Of a stretch of 64,000 nt of DNA, positions 31,901 through 39,085 are shown one piece after another; positions within the stretch are counted from its first letter, which is position 1; every line of letters begins with the position of its first letter. The DNA is taken from contig JAKFCY010000002.1 in the NCBI GenBank assembly GCA_036676395.1, positions 1,248,001 through 1,312,000 of the forward strand, written 5' to 3'. A program made the translations under genes and the position numbers. This DNA is from Bdellovibrio sp. GTDB taxonomy: Bacteria > Bdellovibrionota > Bdellovibrionia > Bdellovibrionales > Bdellovibrionaceae. Under the pieces are notes generated by a model. It worked only from the letters and a program-made list of their open reading frames with translations, did no database searches and was not told the DNA's origin.

Positions 31901-33002
31901 AGTTACTCGTGTTAGAAAAAAATATGTTAGTGGTGTTCTAACGAATTCTACAGATTTTGTTAATAAGTATACATTTCCTTCTAACTCAAATAACAATATA
32001 ACAGGTTGGCGTCAAACTAGTGGTACAACAACTTCTGTTACCAAACAGACGTCAGGTACTTACAATATTGATGATCAGTTAACTCAAATGACTGGTACAG
32101 TAAGTCGCACTTACACATACACGCAAGATGGTGAAGTTAACACTATAGTGAGCGCGAGTGGGACAACAACTTATGCTTACGATGTCTTTGGATATTTGAA
32201 TAAGGCTACGCTTCCTGACGGAACAGTTATTGAATATAAAACTGATGCGTTTAATAGAAGAGTTAAGAAGTTAGTAAACGGCTCTGTATCAGAATATTAT
32301 CTATGGCATGATCAAACCCGGTTAGCCGTAATTTTGGATTCTGGCAAAAATCCAAAAGCAATTTACGTTTATGGTTCGGAATCAGAAAATACCCCAGGTT
32401 TTGTGATAAAGAGCGGGGTAACATATAAGATCATTCATGATCCAGGTACGGAATCAGTTCGATATGTAATTGATGCCAGCACGGGTGTGATTGTCCAAGA
32501 AATTGATTACGACGAGTTCGGTAATGTTACTTTCAATAGTAATCCGACTTTCCAGCCATTAGGGTTCGCAGGTGGGTTGTTTGATTCAGATACAAAATTA
32601 ATTAAATTTGGCGCTCGAGATTATGATCCAGTTATTGGTAGATGGCTAAGAAAAGATCCAATCGACTTCGCGGGTGGAGATACTAATTTGTATGCCTATG
32701 TTGGAGGCGATCCAATGAGCTATACGGACCCAGACGGTCTCTCAGCGCTCCACAACACCAATGAGGTTGCAATTCCAGGTGGCAGTACGGGATTAATCGG
32801 TGGTACGATTGGAGGTGTAGGTGGTAGTTATTTATGTAGTAAAAAAGGTAATCGACCAGAAGACTATGGTCCGCCACCATCTGAACATACAAAGAATAAA
32901 ACACCTTCGAATCGTGAAAAACATGAGAATGCTGAAACAAAACGTAAAAGAGATCGCGGCGGTGAAAAGAAGGATCCAAAAATGCCGTACCGTAGAAAGT
33001 AG
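28974..33002 (+). CDS. Secreted teneurin-like RHS/YD-repeat protein with C-terminal putative toxin domain
   Basis: Signal peptide VKA-Q, YD repeats, RHS core 'YDEFGN..NPTFQPLGFAGGLFD..FGARDYDPVIGRWLRKDPI..NLYAYVGGDPMSYTDPDG'. Confidence 0.92.
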   Translation: MKIVIIFILLFSATVKAQSPAAYLSMYPDDELWQDCISTFMDNWVPTTDPNSDQHYITPRARRNTVWEPEIFAIELGSQYMTPKGEDPDNYSMFGQLCWHDKTNYPTSADYSSSSIKPKDLRPNACNKVPGSVIDIEKRTVSENVPIEGTSYFLNYSSEYNPNINFNRTYKDQFNFHKNIYSGYKFEITNSSSQTLQSVSYTAIAPFAFSPKHVIPLNDFTSGTYTSKVVVYASLMTNIIDAVAGYCYLEYEYIDEELVVTENCSRKNGRTAYFNMPLEFRSETLVLYKPEVWGLHGWTVSVHHYFDRETKSLFTGDGEKIQYTTFKTISDATLGTVDVLINKNDEDELFIFDSNGRHLETRHVVFGYIIHKFAYDGNSRLTSITDRFNSSTTFTYSGSNLQKITSPYGVETNFTVSSNRITKATDPENFDYDMSYDSGTSLLLAYTPPTGVVTTFSYNSDGEFLQESKSSGLLQSIAQSIANGFLELTNSLNFGVDRHVQVIPTATGVKTNLVSNDNLISQVEKSYSDNITQFKYNQDITTQYFTPSAEWGSDRLLIDQSVQAVTESGQNVSDSTQYSEARTYTSSNVLKPVNYSNSITTGAGGILSNAYTKSNTTLVSTDILGNVTTTKFSASGVITRISGTDKYPVDFEYDTAGRLTKAKKTSTYYETYTYDTYGYLATINNSKSQLTQFVRNKKGQLLQKILPNSEAINYEYTDGGEVKKITAPNGQVHQFSMSLGDYITQMISPASKTITYGYDSDKRLSTVTKPSGKALTFNYETDRNVLADVTTASGTVTISHDIRSRVASATSIDDIQTDITWAADQVQSQTWYDNGTLIATLSNTFATDQFKLKEIYLDNFLIADYTYSSGVLAGIYNLGISYSHSFSTYNHTQTVNGSGISISYSQIDGSSQPAQVVNGTYYDSSSNQIDVSIRRNYDNFGQATSLISTKLNQSTGLYDGYYTLTTVYDSNNRLTQVTRVRKKYVSGVLTNSTDFVNKYTFPSNSNNNITGWRQTSGTTTSVTKQTSGTYNIDDQLTQMTGTVSRTYTYTQDGEVNTIVSASGTTTYAYDVFGYLNKATLPDGTVIEYKTDAFNRRVKKLVNGSVSEYYLWHDQTRLAVILDSGKNPKAIYVYGSESENTPGFVIKSGVTYKIIHDPGTESVRYVIDASTGVIVQEIDYDEFGNVTFNSNPTFQPLGFAGGLFDSDTKLIKFGARDYDPVIGRWLRKDPIDFAGGDTNLYAYVGGDPMSYTDPDGLSALHNTNEVAIPGGSTGLIGGTIGGVGGSYLCSKKGNRPEDYGPPPSEHTKNKTPSNREKHENAETKRKRDRGGEKKDPKMPYRRK

Positions 33003-33805
33003 TGGAAAATATGCAAAAGAGTGAACGATCTATACTATCAGAAATAAGAAGAGCAAGTAATTTGCTAAAGGGTCAATCTTCAGCGAAAGTTATACGCGGA
33101 CAAATTAAACTACTTCGAAAATATAAACATATAGCTCAAGCCCGAGCCGAACTTGTTATTGAGCATTTTCAAAATCATCACGATTTAAATCCAGAAATCG
33201 TATTTTCTTGGGCTTTGGAAGCAGCCAATCGTGGAGATACTCGTAATATGGTTAATGTCGGATATTGTTATGCGAACGGTATTGGAGTTAAAAAAGATTA
33301 CAAATCGGCCATCAAATGGTTTTTGAAAGCTTCGAAAGCGGAGAGGCCTGAAGCTTTTTACAACTTGGCGAAACACTTTGAGGCTGGCGAAGGAGTTGTA
33401 AGAAACCCAAAGAAAGCTTTTCATTACTATCGGCTAGCTGCGACTAAAGGAAGTGAGCCCGAGTTTAACTTAGCTTTGGGATGGTGTTATGAGAACAGTT
33501 TCGGAGTTAAGCTAGATTTAAAAAACGCAGTAAAATACTATAGAAAAGCCGCGAAGAAAGGCGATGAGAGCGCTCTAAGTAATTTAGGACTCTCTTACCT
33601 TTATGGACGAGGGGTTAAGTCTTCGACATCAAAAGCGATAGAATTTTTTTCTAAGGCTGCACAGAAGGGCCATAGTCGATCATTCGAAATGCTAGGGCTA
33701 ATTTATATTGGTGAAGAGGGAGCGCTTAAAAAAATTGATTTAGCTAAAGGAAAAAAGTTCTTAAAGTTAGCAGCAAAGCTAAATGATTCCGAAGCTCAGC
33801 TTTGA
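33002..33805 (+). CDS. Sel1-like repeat protein, probable immunity/partner of the RHS protein
   Basis: About 5-6 SLRs (e.g. 'NVGYCYANGIGVKKDYKSAIKWFLKAS'); start overlaps the RHS stop (GTG 33002 or ATG 33011). Confidence 0.85.
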   Translation: MENMQKSERSILSEIRRASNLLKGQSSAKVIRGQIKLLRKYKHIAQARAELVIEHFQNHHDLNPEIVFSWALEAANRGDTRNMVNVGYCYANGIGVKKDYKSAIKWFLKASKAERPEAFYNLAKHFEAGEGVVRNPKKAFHYYRLAATKGSEPEFNLALGWCYENSFGVKLDLKNAVKYYRKAAKKGDESALSNLGLSYLYGRGVKSSTSKAIEFFSKAAQKGHSRSFEMLGLIYIGEEGALKKIDLAKGKKFLKLAAKLNDSEAQL

Positions 33806-33880
33806 ACTGCCTGGGCTAAACTTGTCCAGATTATGTACGACCTAGACAAATTTTAAGTCTATCAATTCGTAGTGTAAGTA

Positions 33881-34297
33881 CTACTCATGGTTTACTGCTT
33901 TGAGAAAAAATCGTGGCACTAGAGTTAGATACAAATTATAAATAGTCGCAAGCAAAAATAAAACCGGAATAACAGGCGGTTTTATTTTCATCGGAAGAAC
34001 CTCGGCGGGCACATCAGGTAAAAGGTGAACATAAGTTGCTACGCACATGATTGCGATTAATCCTAAAGACCCGATACTTAAAAGATTAAATTTGAATCTT
34101 TCGTTTTTAATGAAAAAACTAAACAACAGTATAAACCCAACTGTCATTTCGCCAAAAATGCCAAACAAGTAACTGGCCTCAGGCAGGCCGCTTGTCTGAA
34201 TCTGAACCGAATACCAAGTTTTAAAAGGTTCAAAGAATTTCAAAAATCCAAACATTAAAATCATAAAGCCTAAAAATACAGATAGTTTTTTATGCAT
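33881..34297 (-). CDS. DoxX-family membrane protein
   Basis: 'FMILMFGFLKFF', 'GIFGEMTVG', 'ATYVHL'. Confidence 0.7.
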   Translation of the reverse strand: MHKKLSVFLGFMILMFGFLKFFEPFKTWYSVQIQTSGLPEASYLFGIFGEMTVGFILLFSFFIKNERFKFNLLSIGSLGLIAIMCVATYVHLLPDVPAEVLPMKIKPPVIPVLFLLATIYNLYLTLVPRFFLKAVNHE

Positions 34298-34318
34298 AGA
34301 AGTTTCTCCTAGTTTTAG

Positions 34319-34609
34319 TTATTGTTTTAAGAGATCAATAAAGCGGTTGTCCATTTTAGATGGGTTGATTTCTAAAATTTCAGATTCAACGATCTTTTCG
34401 ATGATGAAAGGATCTTGATTGATTCGATTCTGTATCGATTCAATTGAAGATTTTTTAGCGATAATAGCCCCGCCTGAATTAGGCATTAGGCTTCCCGCTA
34501 GAAGAAAAGCACCTTCGTCAAATCCCTGGTTTAGCCATTTCATATGGCCTTCCATAAATTTGCCGGCGAGTTCGCGATTTTTAGAAAATTTTAATAATAT
34601 GACAAACAT
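34319..34609 (-). CDS. YciI/YCII-related protein
   Basis: 'H..WL.QGFDEG.FLLAGS', 'GGAII', 'DPFI'. Confidence 0.85.
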   Translation of the reverse strand: MFVILLKFSKNRELAGKFMEGHMKWLNQGFDEGAFLLAGSLMPNSGGAIIAKKSSIESIQNRINQDPFIIEKIVESEILEINPSKMDNRFIDLLKQ

Positions 34610-34631
34610 AAATTCTTTCTGTTAAAAATAT

Positions 34632-35201
34632 TTAGGCAATTTTGGATTTCAGCCAGTCTTCCATATGACGAACTTCGTTTTTAATAAACTTTTCGTCATG
34701 AAAGGTGTTTGCCAAAGTTGCAATGCCTTGGCTGCGGGCTAAAAGATGCAATGCAAGTTCATCGGCTTCTTTTTTACGGCCGGCAGCTGAGAATTGTCTG
34801 CTGATCCAAGTTCTAAATAAAGTCATCAGTTTGTTAGCGTGTTCTTTAGAGGCGTGATCCATTTTTGCAAGCTCGGTGCAAAGGGTACCGACCGGGCATC
34901 CGTAGAGTTTTAATTTCGCCTGGTTCATAATGAGCATGCGAATGAATTTTTCGATTCGCTCGGTCGGGCTTTGGCCAGACGATTCCCACTGATCTAACAT
35001 CTCTTGGGTGCGTTTGAGACGTAGCTCAATTACGGCTTCAAGAATTTCATCTTTAGATTTGAAGTGGTGGTAGAAGTTACCCCGAGAGATTTTGACCTCA
35101 TCTGCAATGTCAGCAAACGAAGTGTGTTCGAAACCTCTATGGTAAAAAAGCTGATCCGCTGATTCAATAATTTGATCGCGGGTTGATTTATCTAAAGCCA
35201 T
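34632..35201 (-). CDS. TetR-family repressor (NemR-like)
   Basis: HTH 'TSFADIADEVKISRGNFYHHFKSKDEIL', 'GCPVGTL' Cys; GAGG SD before ATG 35201. Confidence 0.9.
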   Translation of the reverse strand: MALDKSTRDQIIESADQLFYHRGFEHTSFADIADEVKISRGNFYHHFKSKDEILEAVIELRLKRTQEMLDQWESSGQSPTERIEKFIRMLIMNQAKLKLYGCPVGTLCTELAKMDHASKEHANKLMTLFRTWISRQFSAAGRKKEADELALHLLARSQGIATLANTFHDEKFIKNEVRHMEDWLKSKIA

Positions 35202-35233
35202 ATACACCTCTATTAAAAAATCCCATTTTCAAG

Positions 35234-36307
35234 TCACTTTGAATAAAAGGGATAGTCAATATATCCTTTTTCGCTGCCACCGTAGAATGTCGAATGATCA
35301 ACTTCGTTAAGTGGTAGGCCATCTTGAAATCTGCGAACAAGATCAGGGTTGGCTAAAAACGGAACGCCAAATGCAACTAAGTCAGCATCTGCATTTTGAA
35401 TAGCCGTTTTGGCGCGCGCCAGATCATAGCCATTATTTGCGATATAATTTTCGGTAAATTTAGATCTAAGAGAACGATAATTAACCGAACTTGTTTTTGT
35501 CATCATGTCGCCTTCGAGCACGTGCACATAAGATAATTTTCGCTGACTAAGTTGCTCGAGAAAATATTCGAAATGCACTTGAGGATTAGAATCGGACATT
35601 GAATTGAAGCTGTTTTCAGGAGTTAGGCGAACTCCAATTCTTTGTGATGGCCAAACTGAACTTACAGCATCCAAAATATCGTTTAATAAGCGCATTCTAT
35701 TTTGCAAAGAGCCGCCATAGGCATCAGCTCGATGATTGCTGCCGTCTCGAAGGAATTGGTCAATGATGTAACCATTGGCTCCGTGAATTTCAACACCGTC
35801 AAAACCTGCCTGCTTTGCCAGAACCGCGCCATTCTTAAATTGTTCAACAAGATTTTTAATCTCGCTTGTTTCTAGGGCTCTTGGAACGACAAAGTCCTGC
35901 ATGCCAGTATAAGTTACGGCTTGGCCTATTGCCTTTAAAGCAGATGGCGCTACGGGAGTAGCTCCATCTGGCTGCATGCTTGGGTGGGAAATGCGTCCGC
36001 AGTGTTGCAGCTGAATAAAAATGTGAGAGCCTTCTTTATGAACAGCTTCAGTCAGAGTTTTCCAGCTTTTACTTTGAGATTCTGTGTAAATACCAGGAGT
36101 CATTGGATAGCCGATGGCTTGCTCTGATACGGGAACCGATTCTGTAATGATCAGACCAGCGCCAGCGCGCTGTTGATAATGTGTCACCATCATGGGCGAG
36201 ACAAGTCCGCTTCGCTCGGCTCGATTTCGGGTCATGGGGGCCATGACTATTCGATTTTTCAATTTTAAATCACCGAGTCTAAAAGGTTCAAAAATGCTCT
36301 TAGTCAC
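35234..36307 (-). CDS. nemA: Old yellow enzyme / alkene reductase (NemA-like)
   Basis: 'NRIVMAPMTR', 'HCGRISHP', 'AGFDGVEIHGANGY', 'FLANPDL', 'FYGG..KGYIDYP'. Confidence 0.92.
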   Translation of the reverse strand: MTKSIFEPFRLGDLKLKNRIVMAPMTRNRAERSGLVSPMMVTHYQQRAGAGLIITESVPVSEQAIGYPMTPGIYTESQSKSWKTLTEAVHKEGSHIFIQLQHCGRISHPSMQPDGATPVAPSALKAIGQAVTYTGMQDFVVPRALETSEIKNLVEQFKNGAVLAKQAGFDGVEIHGANGYIIDQFLRDGSNHRADAYGGSLQNRMRLLNDILDAVSSVWPSQRIGVRLTPENSFNSMSDSNPQVHFEYFLEQLSQRKLSYVHVLEGDMMTKTSSVNYRSLRSKFTENYIANNGYDLARAKTAIQNADADLVAFGVPFLANPDLVRRFQDGLPLNEVDHSTFYGGSEKGYIDYPFYSK

Positions 36308-36345
36308 AAGTTCTCCTATGTATTTCGGGCTTCATGATTTTTGCA

Positions 36346-36403
36346 ATTAGGACAGTCGACCTAATACTTTTAATAGAATAGGACATTTGTCCTATTTAGT
36401 CAA
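36346..36403 (-). promoter_or_regulatory. sigma70 promoter with two TetR operator palindromes
   Basis: Minus-strand TTGACT-N17-TATTCT; operators AATAGGACA-tt-TGTCCTATT (36377-36396) and ATTAGGACAGTCGACCTAAT (36346-36365). Confidence 0.85.
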
Positions 36404-36430
36404 GTAGGATTTTAAATTTAGTGAAATAAA

Positions 36431-38842
36431 CTAACCCGTCGACATCATGCCGCTGGAAATACCGGTAACTGTTAACCGTAACAAATCGATTTCTTTATTT
36501 TTTATCGCGATGTTTTGCAAAAGGTTCAGCGGGTGAATCATTGGCGCGCGCAGCTGCACGCTTTCTTGCAGCCATTGTTTGGTGTCTAATAATTTTTGTG
36601 ATTTTGTGATAATTTTGCAAAAGCGTACAGTGCGGTAATATTCTTCGTCGATTTCTTTTGAGAATTTTTGCGCAAGTTCTTTAGGTAAAGCACTTTCATT
36701 TAAATAGGTTTTAAATACAGCCAGTTCAACTTTGGCTAAAGTGAAATCTAAAGCTTTAACATATGAATTAAAAACGGGGTTTTGCTCAAAAGCTTCAACT
36801 AAAGCTCTTTTTTGAGTAGCCGATGAATCCTGCCAAGCGCTTCCGGCGCCCCACCAAATCGGAAAAAGCAGCCGGGTTTGTGTCCAGCACAAAATCCACG
36901 GAATAGCTCGCAGGCTTTTAACAGTAAGTTCTTTCGAGCGGCGAGCAGGGCGCGAGCCTAGTTTTAAATACCTCATCATCGCATAAGGTGTGGCAAGTTT
37001 TACAATCTCTAAGAATTCAGGATCAGTGATTTTAGCGCGGTAAGATTGAGTGATTTTGTTGGCGAAAAGTTTTAGTTCTATATTTTCTGCAGAATGAAAT
37101 TTCTTTTTTAATACGTCTGTGGCCGATTGAGAGATATTTTCTAGCTGGCGTTCGGCGATCATCGGTGTCGCTAACCAGCGTTCGATGATTTCTCCTTGGA
37201 CGGTGGCTTTAAAATTATTAGCGGCACTTTTTGGCCACCACGCAGTTTGATTGTCGAGGGTTCCGCCGCCGCGATCGACGCTTCCGCCAGAACCATGAAA
37301 AAAGATCGGTATGACTTGGTGATCTCGGCACACCTTTTCAAGGCGTGGAAGTGCTTGTGCAATCGCAAGCCGGCTAGGAAACACTCCGGCCTCTTTACTG
37401 GAATCAGAATATCCGACCATAAGTTCTACTTTTGAATTCCACAGTTTTTTAATCGCAGTCATTAACAGTTCGTCGTTAAAGACTTCAGACATGATCTGGG
37501 CTGATTGAGCTAACGATGTTGATTCTTCAAATAACGGAACCACGGGCAAGATGATTTGCCCTAAGAATTTTTTTTGTTTTAAGGCGGCAGCTTTTATGTG
37601 AGCCGCAGATTCGGTCATGCTAATGATAAACGACCTGGCATACCAGCGTGGGTCGCCGCCTTTTGAAACCGTAGCAATTGTTTTTAACATGCGGTCAATG
37701 GCTAGACCTTTTTTGTTTTCTGATTCAGACATGAGCACATCTGAAGATTCGCGCAGTTCTATAGGTATCACTAATCCAGGAAATAATTCAAGCAGCTGAG
37801 CAAGAGTGCATAGTTCGGGGTGAATGCCGCCGATTTCTATGTGGTAAGTAGTTATTATTTTTCGAATTTCTTCTTTAAATTTCGCAACTTTTTTTACATC
37901 ACTGGTTTTTAAAAGTCGTAAAGGTTTAATCATCGTCAGCAAATGATTAATTTGTTTTTCAAGTTTTTTATTTGAAACAAGTTTTAAGGTGGTGCGAACA
38001 GCGATAAGTTGACCTGTTATGATTTTCAGAATTTCATTTCTTGAAAGCGTTAAACTTTGCAGTAAAGTTTTTTCGTGAACGCCGGGGTGGCCATCTTTAT
38101 CACTGCCAATCCAGCTATGAATACGCAGTTTTACTTTTCGTTCGTTGGCATTCATCAGTGTAGTTAAGATGTCATCTTGAAAAAGTAGACCATAAAGTGT
38201 TTTTGCTTCGTCTTTGACTTTCGGTGAACGTTTACGCATCACCGGAATGCGCCACGCAAGCTCTAGATAGTGAAACAGGTTTACTTTTTGTTGAGGTTTA
38301 ATTTGGGTTTTTCTTTCAAGTTCATTTGCCGTTAGAATATTTAGCAGTATTTTTTGAATTTCGCGAAAGATCGCGATGTTTTGCGCAGACCTTGCCTCAG
38401 TTGGGTGAGCCGTTAACACATAAGTAATGCTTTCTGGATGAATTTCTGAATACTTAGTTTTTTTATTCACTTTCAGGCGGTGACTGCGATAAGCATTTTC
38501 TGCGGCGTTCATTAACTGAATCATTAAAGTAAATGCATGCGCAATTTGATAACGCCGCTCTGGCGTGTGTTTTTCTAGCTCGTGTTTTAAGTGAATTAAC
38601 TTTGCGAAAGCTTCGCCGGTTGAAGTTTTACGCAAGTAAGTCATCTGCACCCGAATATTTTCGATTTGTTCAAAGGCTTTAAGGCCTAGTTCTCGCTGAA
38701 TGACTTCACCTAATAGGGCCACTGATTCACGAATGAGATGACGCAATTCTGGTGCAATATTAAATTTTTTATTTTTTACCAGAAGATTTGATTTCGGAAG
38801 TGTTGGTTTAAGTGCATTCAAGTCTTGAACAGAATCTAGCAT
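36431..38842 (-). CDS. ppc: Phosphoenolpyruvate carboxylase (divergent)
   Basis: 'VLTAHPTE', 'VPLFE', 'MVGYSDSSKEAG', 'FHGSGGSVDRGG', 'GSRPARR', 'LRAIPW', C-terminal 'GMMSTG'. Confidence 0.92.
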   Translation of the reverse strand: MLDSVQDLNALKPTLPKSNLLVKNKKFNIAPELRHLIRESVALLGEVIQRELGLKAFEQIENIRVQMTYLRKTSTGEAFAKLIHLKHELEKHTPERRYQIAHAFTLMIQLMNAAENAYRSHRLKVNKKTKYSEIHPESITYVLTAHPTEARSAQNIAIFREIQKILLNILTANELERKTQIKPQQKVNLFHYLELAWRIPVMRKRSPKVKDEAKTLYGLLFQDDILTTLMNANERKVKLRIHSWIGSDKDGHPGVHEKTLLQSLTLSRNEILKIITGQLIAVRTTLKLVSNKKLEKQINHLLTMIKPLRLLKTSDVKKVAKFKEEIRKIITTYHIEIGGIHPELCTLAQLLELFPGLVIPIELRESSDVLMSESENKKGLAIDRMLKTIATVSKGGDPRWYARSFIISMTESAAHIKAAALKQKKFLGQIILPVVPLFEESTSLAQSAQIMSEVFNDELLMTAIKKLWNSKVELMVGYSDSSKEAGVFPSRLAIAQALPRLEKVCRDHQVIPIFFHGSGGSVDRGGGTLDNQTAWWPKSAANNFKATVQGEIIERWLATPMIAERQLENISQSATDVLKKKFHSAENIELKLFANKITQSYRAKITDPEFLEIVKLATPYAMMRYLKLGSRPARRSKELTVKSLRAIPWILCWTQTRLLFPIWWGAGSAWQDSSATQKRALVEAFEQNPVFNSYVKALDFTLAKVELAVFKTYLNESALPKELAQKFSKEIDEEYYRTVRFCKIITKSQKLLDTKQWLQESVQLRAPMIHPLNLLQNIAIKNKEIDLLRLTVTGISSGMMSTG

Positions 38843-38870
38843 AATATCCCCACTGGCTTAAAAAGCTTGA

Positions 38871-38887
38871 TAGCAATTTGATGACCA
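38871..38887 (-). promoter_or_regulatory. Putative sigma54 promoter for ppc
   Basis: Minus-strand TGGTCATCAAATTGCTA (GG-N10-GC), about 30 nt upstream of the GGGGA-SD start. Confidence 0.45.
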
Positions 38888-39052
38888 CTCTAAAAAAGCT
38901 TGAATAGGATTGGATGAGGAATACTGACCGCATAGATGAATTCGTGGGGCTAAAACGGCATGAATTACTATTTTTAACTTAAATTTAATGGAAAATATCA
39001 ATTTGATACACTCTTTTGCGCTTTTATTCTCTTTGGCGAACTTTCGTTTTCT

Positions 39053-39079
39053 TAAGTGAACATCGTAAGATGTCGATAA
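39053..39079 (+). promoter_or_regulatory. sigma28 (FliA)-like promoter of fibre gene 1
   Basis: TAAG-N15-GTCGATAA, ending 6 nt before GTG 39086. Confidence 0.65.
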
Positions 39080-39085
39080 GTATTT

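Larger units (their letters stand above)
27686..33805. mobile_element. Putative integrase-less genomic islet downstream of tRNA-Cys (right boundary uncertain, may extend to ~36400)
   Basis: Phased short repeats after the tRNA, visibly AT-richer sequence, cargo of a hypothetical membrane gene plus RHS and Sel1 genes. Confidence 0.5.

Noticed and set aside
38848..38950. CCCCAC/GTGGGG pairing that could sequester the ppc SD (riboswitch-like)
   Set aside because: Only 6 bp over ~95 nt, no known aptamer, and a sigma54-like promoter lies between the two arms.
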